A DNA stretch of 17,318 nucleotides from Candidatus Thorarchaeota archaeon (GCA_038893995.1 JAWAQK010000051.1:1-17318); one strand, 5' to 3'. Shown: positions 1 through 6,743, numbered from the stretch's first letter. Program-made: numbers and translations. Notes: generated by a model not told the origin, from the sequence alone.

Positions 1-168
1 GGTCTATCAGCACGGATAGCCCATGAGCTGAAGAAGAGAGAGACCCGTTTCCGGTACGAGATGGTATTCGACACGTTTGATGCTGAGGATGCGGAGAAGA
101 AACCACATACGAGCATACAGATAGTGGTGCTGCCACCAGAAGACAATCTCCCGGAGTCTGAGAAATGA
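1..168 (+). CDS. 3' end of a hypothetical protein (partial, runs off the left edge)
   Basis: Frame 1 is open from base 1: GLSARIAHELKKRETRFRYEMVFDTFDAEDAEKKPHTSIQIVVLPPEDNLPESEK, with TGA at 166-168. Composition is protein-like. No recognisable motif. Confidence 0.6.
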   Translation, partial: GLSARIAHELKKRETRFRYEMVFDTFDAEDAEKKPHTSIQIVVLPPEDNLPESEK

Positions 169-280
169 TGTCTGGTATCAGCAGTGGCAGTATCTGTCTG
201 CTCAAACTGACCGATCCAGTGCGCTTCCAGTAAGTACATAAACAGACTCTAGGCGAGTCAATGGCGTAGACAGTCCACAC

Positions 281-290
281 GGTGGTGTGA
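281..290 (+). promoter_or_regulatory. Shine-Dalgarno-like site for porC
   Basis: GGTGGTGTGA lies just upstream of ATG 294 and resembles the archaeal GGAGGTGA consensus. The AT-rich TACATAAA at 235-242 may be the TATA box. Confidence 0.5.
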
Positions 291-293
291 TTC

Positions 294-869
294 ATGGCCA
301 TAGACTTCTCCAAGGGAATAACAGAGGTCCGCTGGCACGGACGCGGCGGACAGGGGGTCGTCACATCGAACCAGATGTTAGGTAAGGCGGCCATGTCCGA
401 GGGAAACTACATTCAGGCCTTTCCAGAGTTTGGTCCAGAGAGGACAGGAGCCCCGGTGAGGGCCTTCTTGAGAGTCAGTCGACTTCCGATCCAGATCTAC
501 TCACAGGTGTATCGACCCAACATCGTGATCTGTATTGATCCGACGCTATTGGATGTAGTCAATCCTGCTGATGGTCTCAGGGAAGGCGGTACGCTTGTCC
601 TGAACACTACTCTCACGCCAGCTCAGGTGAGAGAAAAGTACGGCCTGAAGTCAGGAAAGATCGTGACTGTCGACGCAACCAAGATTGCTCTGGAGGTACT
701 CGGCCGTGCATTCTATAACATGCCAACACTTGCTGCGGCTGTCCAGAGTACCGGGATAGTGAAGCTAGAGACCGTGATCGGGGAGGTCCGGAACAGGTAT
801 CCCGGTAAGGTGGGAGACCTAAATCGTGTCGCAATGGAGCGGGCAGCGAAGGAGGCGGTGGTTGGATGA
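294..869 (+). CDS. porC: Pyruvate/2-oxoacid:ferredoxin oxidoreductase gamma subunit
   Basis: EVRWHGRGGQGVVT and QAFPEFGPERTGAPV motifs; 191 aa; first gene of the gamma-delta-alpha-beta order; ATGA overlap with the next gene. Confidence 0.93.
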   Translation: MAIDFSKGITEVRWHGRGGQGVVTSNQMLGKAAMSEGNYIQAFPEFGPERTGAPVRAFLRVSRLPIQIYSQVYRPNIVICIDPTLLDVVNPADGLREGGTLVLNTTLTPAQVREKYGLKSGKIVTVDATKIALEVLGRAFYNMPTLAAAVQSTGIVKLETVIGEVRNRYPGKVGDLNRVAMERAAKEAVVG

Positions 870-1162
870 GTAAGCGGTTTGACGAGATTCCGATGGCCGG
901 AAACATCATTGTCCCCGGCAATGCCATGGAATACAAGACCGGAGGCTGGAGAGCAGCGCGACCAGTCCACAAGGACGAGACCTGCCTGTGGATCAAGAAT
1001 GGAACTTGCGGTAGGTGCTGGATATTCTGTCCAGACAATGCGGTCCGACTCATTGAGAGGGACGGAAAGTACGCATACGATTACGACTACGATTACTGTA
1101 AGGGATGTGGGATATGTGCAAACGAGTGTCCCACGAAGAGCATAGAGATGAGGAATGAGTGA
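866..1162 (+). CDS. porD: Pyruvate:ferredoxin oxidoreductase delta subunit (2x[4Fe-4S])
   Basis: YKTGGWRAARP, C-x7-CGRCWIFCPD and YDYCKGCGICANECP ferredoxin motifs. Confidence 0.93.
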   Translation: MSKRFDEIPMAGNIIVPGNAMEYKTGGWRAARPVHKDETCLWIKNGTCGRCWIFCPDNAVRLIERDGKYAYDYDYDYCKGCGICANECPTKSIEMRNE

Positions 1163-2372
1163 CATGTCGGGTTCAAAGACGAAGACAGTGACGGAAGGAA
1201 AGAGAATAGAGGGACTCACCGGTGACGCGGCCATCGCAGAGGCGCTCAGACAGTGCGATGTCGATGTCCTGGCGGCATATCCGATCACACCGCAGACGAT
1301 AATCGTAGAAGAGTTTCAGAGGTTTGCCGCGAATGGTGAGACGCACACCAGTGTGATACCTGTGGAGTCCGAGCACAGTGCCCTCTCAGCCTGCGTTGGG
1401 GCCTCTGCCGCCGGGGCAAGGGTCGCCACTGCCAGTGCGTCTGCAGGCCTTGCACTGATGTGGGAGATACTGTACTGCGCAGCCTCAATGCGCCAGCCGA
1501 TCGTACTGGCTGTGGCTAACAGGGCACTCTCAGCCCCAATCAATATACACAATGATTGGTCGGATACCTATGGCGCACGTGACAGTGGTTTCATCCAGGT
1601 GTATTGCCAGAGCTGCCAAGAGGTCTACGACACGACGATAATGGCATTCCGGGTGGCAGAAGATCACAGGGTCCTGTTGCCCATCATGGTATGTATTGAC
1701 GGGTTCATTCTCAGCCACAATGTAGAGCGTGTGGAAATCATTCCCGACGAGGATGTCAAGCGGTTTGTTGGGGTCCGAAGACCCGTACAGCCACTTGATC
1801 CGAGCAATCCGATCACGATGGGCCCACTCTGTCTCACAGACTACTACTTTGAGTTCAAGGAACAACAGGACAGGGCAATTAGGGCAGTACCAGCTGTGTA
1901 CGAGGAGGTCGAGAGAGAATTCCACAAGATGACTGGAAGGTCCTATGGCCTACTCGAGGAATATAGGACGGATGATGCAGAGATCATAATAATCACACAC
2001 AGCTCACCGGCTGGAACTGCGAAGGCAGTCGTAGATGTCCTACGGGAACAGGGGATGAAAGTCGGTGTGCTGAGATTGAAGATGTTCAGACCGTTCCCAG
2101 TTGAAGCGGTCAGAAAGGCGGTCAGAAATGCAAGAGCAGTCGCAGTATTCGAGAAATGTATGTCATTCGGAGCAGTATCCAATCCTCTATCGCTCGAGGT
2201 GAGGGCCGCTCTGTACGATCTTGACAATAGGCCCATGGTGACCGACTTCGTCATAGGACTCGGTGGTCGTGATGTGCCGCCCGAGACAATCGTTGACGGA
2301 GTGAAGAAGACACAGGAATACTTGAAGAGAGGTAACGCGCCTCTGTATGAGACTCTGGGGGTGCGGAAGTGA
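1155..2372 (+). CDS. porA: Pyruvate:ferredoxin oxidoreductase alpha subunit
   Basis: AYPITPQT, VESEHSALS, NRALSAPINIHND, DGFILSH, FRPFP and GLGGRD motifs; 8-nt overlap with porD. Confidence 0.93.
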   Translation: MSDMSGSKTKTVTEGKRIEGLTGDAAIAEALRQCDVDVLAAYPITPQTIIVEEFQRFAANGETHTSVIPVESEHSALSACVGASAAGARVATASASAGLALMWEILYCAASMRQPIVLAVANRALSAPINIHNDWSDTYGARDSGFIQVYCQSCQEVYDTTIMAFRVAEDHRVLLPIMVCIDGFILSHNVERVEIIPDEDVKRFVGVRRPVQPLDPSNPITMGPLCLTDYYFEFKEQQDRAIRAVPAVYEEVEREFHKMTGRSYGLLEEYRTDDAEIIIITHSSPAGTAKAVVDVLREQGMKVGVLRLKMFRPFPVEAVRKAVRNARAVAVFEKCMSFGAVSNPLSLEVRAALYDLDNRPMVTDFVIGLGGRDVPPETIVDGVKKTQEYLKRGNAPLYETLGVRK

Positions 2373-3322
2373 TGAGTGAACCAGCTGCTGTTTCAATCAA
2401 GGACATGCTGAAGAGAAAGCCGATACTCACGTCTGGTCACAGACTGTGTGCAGGATGCGCCGCACCGACTGTCGTGAAGCTGATGGGTATGGCACTCAGG
2501 GGACCCACGATAGTCTGTCAGGCCACAGGATGCCTGGAGGTGGCAACTACAATCTACCCCTACACAGCATGGAATATTCCATGGATACATGTCGCCTTTG
2601 AGAATGCTGCTGCTGTGGCATCTGGAGTGGCTGAGGCCTACCGGATAATGGCCGAGAAGGGCCGTACAGAACACAAGCATGTCGACGTAGTGGCCATCGG
2701 CGGCGATGGAGGTACGTTCGACATAGGGTTCGGTGCCCTCAGCGGAGCACTCGAACGCGGACACGACATGGTCTACATGGTCTATGACAATGGAGCATAT
2801 CAGAACACGGGCATCCAGAGGTCAGGGGCTACGCTTCCTGGACAGGAGACCACCACATCATGGGCGGGAAAGGTCGAACCCGGTAAGAGACAACGAAAGA
2901 AGCCCATAGCTGAGATAGTGGCGGCTCACAAGATCCCCTATGTGGCCACAGTGAGTCCATACTATCACCGTGACTTCATAACCAAGTTCAGAAAGGCACT
3001 GGAGGTAGAAGGGCCCGCCTTCATCCATGCATTCTCGCCATGTCCCAGGGGGTGGCGCTCCGAGTCATCAAAGAGCATTGAACTGTCGAAACTGGCAGTC
3101 GAGACTGGAGTTCACCCGCTGTACGAGATCGTGGATGGTGAGCAGTACATAATGTCCTCACCCAGCAAGAACCTCAAGGAACTTGTCCCACTTGATGAGT
3201 TCCTCAAGATGCAGGGGCAGTTCAAGCATCTATTCGAACCACGCTGGGAGGAATTCAGAAAACAGGTCCAGGCGCAGATACTGGCGGACTGGGAGATGCT
3301 CAAGAAGAAGTGCGGTGTCTAG
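2372..3322 (+). CDS. porB: Pyruvate:ferredoxin oxidoreductase beta subunit (TPP-binding)
   Basis: GHRLCAGC, TGCLEV, GGDGGTFDIG...YDNGAYQNTGIQRS (TPP motif) and SPCP. Start is ATG 2372 (TGATG overlap with the porA stop) or GTG 2369. Confidence 0.93.
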   Translation: MSEPAAVSIKDMLKRKPILTSGHRLCAGCAAPTVVKLMGMALRGPTIVCQATGCLEVATTIYPYTAWNIPWIHVAFENAAAVASGVAEAYRIMAEKGRTEHKHVDVVAIGGDGGTFDIGFGALSGALERGHDMVYMVYDNGAYQNTGIQRSGATLPGQETTTSWAGKVEPGKRQRKKPIAEIVAAHKIPYVATVSPYYHRDFITKFRKALEVEGPAFIHAFSPCPRGWRSESSKSIELSKLAVETGVHPLYEIVDGEQYIMSSPSKNLKELVPLDEFLKMQGQFKHLFEPRWEEFRKQVQAQILADWEMLKKKCGV

Positions 3323-3329
3323 CTGATCG

Positions 3330-3475
3330 CTTCAGAGACTGGCATGCGAAGCACCAGCTCAGACCCCGCATGCAGAGCCAGGCTGAAGGCGGACAAATGA
3401 GAGTGAACTGAGTCACGTTGTCAGACACCAAGAATAGAGCCTTACCCTGCATATCTTGGTGTGACTTGAACTCAG
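3330..3475. other. Two tandem imperfect stem-loops downstream of porB
   Basis: Hairpin 1: CTTCAG 3330-35/CTGAAG 3383-88, CTGGC 3339-43/GCCAG 3377-81, ATGCG 3344-48/CGCAT 3367-71. Hairpin 2: CTGAGT 3408-13/ACTCAG 3470-75, GTC 3420-22/GAC 3463-65, ACACCAAGA 3425-33/TCTTGGTGT 3454-62. Confidence 0.55.
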
Positions 3476-3580
3476 CGGATGTGTCTTTCAGTGGCTCGAG
3501 AACAATCATCGTACCGATCTTGCCTGTCACGAGATCTCAGGTCAACTACGAGGCCGGGACACAAGACCCTGGTCCGGCCC

Positions 3581-3594
3581 AAATATGTTAATAT
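3581..3594 (+). promoter_or_regulatory. Putative BRE/TATA promoter of the small Cys-rich gene
   Basis: AAATATGTTAATAT is an isolated AT-rich island in GC-rich DNA, about 60 nt before ATG 3656. Confidence 0.5.
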
Positions 3595-3655
3595 GTCACC
3601 AGAAGACCTCATACGGGGGTCTATCAACCCAGAACACTCGACGGAGACAGGACAA

Positions 3656-3790
3656 ATGACTTGCCCGGAATTCAATGCCAGTGAGAAGAAGTGTGGCGTG
3701 GACGGCTTCAAGTTCTACGAGGGAATGAACATACCTTGCCATACGCCAGGCATAGACAAGACAAAATGCCCTCGTTTTGCAATGAAGTAG
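3656..3790 (+). CDS. Small four-cysteine putative metal-binding protein (44 aa)
   Basis: MTCPEFNASEKKCGVDGFKFYEGMNIPCHTPGIDKTKCPRFAMK with C-x9-C-x14-C-x9-C spacing. A GGAG SD-like site and a TATA-like element lie upstream. It is the C-terminal part of track ORF 3479..3790. Confidence 0.65.
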   Translation: MTCPEFNASEKKCGVDGFKFYEGMNIPCHTPGIDKTKCPRFAMK

Positions 3791-3799
3791 GTCGTCTGC

Positions 3800-3847
3800 G
3801 GAGGTCCGAACAACGTGTGAAGCGACTCGCATGTTGTTCGGCTCTCC
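3800..3847 (+). terminator. Long stem-loop between convergent genes (possible terminator or RNA stability element)
   Basis: GGAG-GT-CCGAACAACGTGTGA-[AGCGAC]-TCGCATGTTGTTCGG-CT-CTCC: 15 contiguous pairs including 2 G-U, plus an outer stem. No U-tract follows, so terminator function is not shown. Confidence 0.45.
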
Positions 3848-4049
3848 ATCTAGTAACCTTGGCGACTGACAACCCGGCGCCCCCGCGGCAGCCTGAGGCC
3901 GTGGACTGGAGCAGGAGCGATGTCTACTACTACTGACAGCCGTGTCTTGGAACTAGATAAGAATCCCAGGCTTTGCCACTGTAGGTCCTCGATGATCCGC
4001 GAGTCTGTGACATTGCCTCACCAGTCTGACAATGGTGTTCATCTGGCTT

Positions 4050-4583
4050 TCACTGGCAGTATCTCTGAGCGAGCGTCGATGCCACACATGTGAACAACTC
4101 GGAGATCCCTTGTCCCGTCTTTGCTGAGACCTCAAAGAAGTCTGCGCCGATCCTGGAGGCAAACGCGATCGCATCTTCTCTGTTTGCACCTATCTCGCTC
4201 CCTAAAACATCACACTTGTTGGCAACGACAAATGTGATGCAGTCAGGTGCCTCGGATCTCACCCTCTCCATCCATTCATTCAGATTCTCAAGTGTGTAAT
4301 ATCGTGATGCATCAAATACCAAGATCGCCGCCCTCGACCCTCTGAAGTAGTCCTGGACCACATCATGGAACCTTGGCTGTCCGCTCAGGTCCCATATGAT
4401 GAGGGTGACCTCTGAACCATTGACTGCCATCTTCCTGCTGGCAAACCCGGTGCCAATAGTCATCTTCATGTTCTCGTCGAACCGATTCTCCGTGAAGCGT
4501 ACGAGTATGCTGGTCTTTCCTACGCCTCCTTCACCAACGAGGATCGTCTTGAAGATCGTCGGCCTGGTGAGCACCAAGATCAC
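4050..4583 (-). CDS. Rab-like small GTPase (Ras superfamily)
   Basis: G1 GEGGVGKT, G2 TIG, G3 WDLSGQ, G4 NKCD, G5 SAK. RabF-like segments IGTGF, TLIIW, RFHDVV, YFRGS, LVFDAS. The true start may be TTG 4577 or GTG 4574, behind SD-like GGGAGTTGTGA. Confidence 0.93.
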   Translation of the reverse strand: MILVLTRPTIFKTILVGEGGVGKTSILVRFTENRFDENMKMTIGTGFASRKMAVNGSEVTLIIWDLSGQPRFHDVVQDYFRGSRAAILVFDASRYYTLENLNEWMERVRSEAPDCITFVVANKCDVLGSEIGANREDAIAFASRIGADFFEVSAKTGQGISELFTCVASTLAQRYCQ

Positions 4584-4595
4584 AACTCCCTGAGA

Positions 4596-5978
4596 CTACT
4601 CTATTCTCACTAGTTTTCCGCCGCCAGACCTCAACAGCCTCTCGGCACGCCCTGTGATGCCTAACCACATGACAATGAAGCTCAGCAGGAGTATAGATGC
4701 CACGACGGGGTCGATCACACTCCTAAGGAACATGTTGCCTACAATGGTCAGGAACAGACCTATCCCAAGGAACAGCGGACGTGAACGCATGGCAGTTCTG
4801 GCTGCCCTCATCCGGAGATATAGGTGGATGTAAAGGACTGCTGGGAATATCATCAGGATGAACCCCGTAGCGCCCATTACGACGGGGATATTTGGATCGA
4901 GGCGAGGATCGGCTGGATAGAGCCGCACCAAGTAGATCAACGCAGGGATGGCCGCCACCAGAGGTACTACCTCAGCGCGTTTCCAGTTCAGTGCGAGCAC
5001 TGCGGAGAATCCCATGAAGGTATTTGCGAAGACTGCCAGGAAATAAGAGGTGAATATCACTTCGACCACACCGGCCTCAATAGCCCCGACGTTTCGTACC
5101 GTGATGAGGATGTAGGACAGACCGGTGAAACCGAAGAAGAGGGAGAGAAAAAGGGTAGCTGAAGCACGACTCTGACGATACCTCGCCAACAGGTAGGCGG
5201 ATGTTCCAAGCGCGACCGCTGACACGGCCGCCATGATCGCAATCCCCACGAGGATATTAGGTACAGCAGGTGCACTCGTCATCAGCATTGAGAACACCAG
5301 AGCGATGACCGAATACGGAAGGGTGTAGCTGAGTAGCTCGGGAGCCCTGATATTAGGCATCAAGAAGGCCACGCCCGTAGAGGCTAGACAGATGAAACGA
5401 ATCAATGCTATCAATATGTGAAACGATGGATCGTTGCTGACCATGAATAGATAGTAGAGAGGTAGAGTGAACAGTAGCAGTGTCAGCGAAACGTTCGTCA
5501 ACTTGCGGGTCTTGAACGCTAGCGCGCCGAATAGTCCTGCCGGTATCAGGTACATGAACAGGACCATGATCATTAGGGGCACCAGAATGATTGACAGCAC
5601 CCATGGGAACAGTCCCGACATTGCAGATGCAACCAGGAGGGGTAGGACAATGGCCCAGAGTATAGGAGAGTACTTTCGCAATCCAAGTATCCAGAGTGCC
5701 GACCATGATGTCAGAGCGGAGCCTGACAAGAACGGCAACAGGAACAGCGGGACATAATCGACTGTTGCGAAAAACGTCACCCCGGCATAAATGATCAGTG
5801 AGGCCGTGCCAATCAGGGCCAGACCACTGCCAACTGCGTATAGCGGTGTGCCGTACTCCTTGGGATCCAGTGACATCTGCTTCAGACGTTTCTGCGTGTG
5901 TCGAACGATTATGAGACCCGCAAGTATGAGTCCCACTCCCATGAAGAGTTCAGATGCTTGATACATGGCTACCTGCAA
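4596..5978 (-). CDS. Polytopic membrane protein, about 15 TM helices, with apparent internal duplication of a 7-TM unit
   Basis: About 15 hydrophobic segments by eye, short basic loops and no soluble domain. Start is TTG 5978 (GGGGGA upstream) or ATG 5966. Confidence 0.85.
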   Translation of the reverse strand: MQVAMYQASELFMGVGLILAGLIIVRHTQKRLKQMSLDPKEYGTPLYAVGSGLALIGTASLIIYAGVTFFATVDYVPLFLLPFLSGSALTSWSALWILGLRKYSPILWAIVLPLLVASAMSGLFPWVLSIILVPLMIMVLFMYLIPAGLFGALAFKTRKLTNVSLTLLLFTLPLYYLFMVSNDPSFHILIALIRFICLASTGVAFLMPNIRAPELLSYTLPYSVIALVFSMLMTSAPAVPNILVGIAIMAAVSAVALGTSAYLLARYRQSRASATLFLSLFFGFTGLSYILITVRNVGAIEAGVVEVIFTSYFLAVFANTFMGFSAVLALNWKRAEVVPLVAAIPALIYLVRLYPADPRLDPNIPVVMGATGFILMIFPAVLYIHLYLRMRAARTAMRSRPLFLGIGLFLTIVGNMFLRSVIDPVVASILLLSFIVMWLGITGRAERLLRSGGGKLVRIE

Positions 5979-5993
5979 CTTTGTTCGTTCCCC

Positions 5994-6380
5994 CTAGAAC
6001 ATCTTGGTTGCCCAATCCTCCAGATACCCCAACCTAGAGCTATCTGTTCTGAGGATATTTCCTATTTCCTGTAACAGATCGTCAGACACCCTATGGTCGT
6101 ACTGCACGAGGGTGTTTCTGATCTTGCCGATGACCGTGTGCACGTCGTCACTACGATCATCGCAGACCAGGACCACAAGAAGGTCTCCTGACGAGGAGAT
6201 AACGAGCCGAAAGCGGCCCATCACCAGCTCTCTCACCTCGGAGCCAACCATCATCCTCGATACCGTATTGACTGCTGAGAGGAAGCCACCAAGCAGGGCC
6301 TCGTCAGCGTGGAAGTTGCCCAGCTCCAGGCTTGCCAATGTTTCGCCGCCCTGATTGACCAAGTAGAATCCCTGTATCAT
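5994..6380 (-). CDS. Longin/roadblock-like small alpha/beta protein
   Basis: MIQGFYLVNQGGETLAS (beta-hairpin), DEALLGGFLSAVNTVS (helix), three strands, then helices. This is the pattern of longin-fold proteins such as the small TRAPP subunits and SRX. ATG 6380 is preferred over TTG 6389. Confidence 0.75.
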   Translation of the reverse strand: MIQGFYLVNQGGETLASLELGNFHADEALLGGFLSAVNTVSRMMVGSEVRELVMGRFRLVISSSGDLLVVLVCDDRSDDVHTVIGKIRNTLVQYDHRVSDDLLQEIGNILRTDSSRLGYLEDWATKMF

Positions 6381-6390
6381 CTCGACCAAC

Positions 6391-6651
6391 TCAGAAAGAC
6401 TCCATCCATTCTATTGCGCGATCGACGGATTTCTTATCTTCATCCTGCGGCACGGTGCCTAACACCTCCACATCCCTGATAAGAAATGCACGGTCGACCA
6501 TGAGAAGCACTGCGTCTCCGGACTTGCACTTGGCAGTGACGAAGACAGGTACTCGTGTGGCCTGGAGTACGGAGTCCTCGTCGACAACTACACCATCGAT
6601 GATCGATCCACATTTGGGACACTTGACCTGTTTCAGTATGCGTCTTCCCAT
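6391..6651 (-). CDS. Small Zn-ribbon-like protein (86 aa)
   Basis: CPKC ... CKSGD ... LLMVDRAFLIRDVE. SD AGGAGTGAT precedes ATG 6651. Confidence 0.75.
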   Translation of the reverse strand: MGRRILKQVKCPKCGSIIDGVVVDEDSVLQATRVPVFVTAKCKSGDAVLLMVDRAFLIRDVEVLGTVPQDEDKKSVDRAIEWMESF

Positions 6652-6687
6652 GACCATCACTCCTTGTCATTGTCGTTTCCGATAGCA

Positions 6688-6716
6688 AGGTCAGATTCGT
6701 ACTGACCTATGGTCAG
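6688..6716. promoter_or_regulatory. Operator-like overlapping inverted repeats
   Basis: AGGTCAG-N7-CTGACCT (6688-6708) and CTGACC-TAT-GGTCAG (6702-6716) share the central half-site, in a divergent intergenic region. Confidence 0.45.
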
Positions 6717-6743
6717 CAGTCTATGACACGATACTTCGGGGGG

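Noticed and set aside
1070-1096. TACGAY-type short repeats (YAYDYDYDY) in porD
   Set aside because: Coding low complexity extending the normal DYDYCKGC motif; not a repeat element.
3302-3322. PorB C-terminus KKKCGV as a prenylation-like signal
   Set aside because: Not a CaaX (only two residues follow the Cys), and the protein is a soluble metabolic enzyme.
3479-3655. Longer starts (3479, 3593) for the Cys-rich ORF
   Set aside because: They run through or lie in the TATA-like element and inverted repeat. ATG 3656 has an SD and starts the Cys motif.
3323-4049. SECIS, TPP riboswitch, SRP RNA, RNase P RNA, HDV-like ribozyme or tRNA in the hairpin-rich zone
   Set aside because: No in-frame TGA in neighbouring genes and no clear AUGA/GA quartet. 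TPP, SRP helix-8 and RNase P consensus motifs were not found. TCCTCG near 3986 lacks a flanking P3 helix, and no cloverleaf is seen.
4596-5978. Calling the membrane protein a GPCR or rhodopsin
   Set aside because: No DRY/NPxxY-type motifs or retinal lysine are visible. A 7-helix count alone does not show homology.
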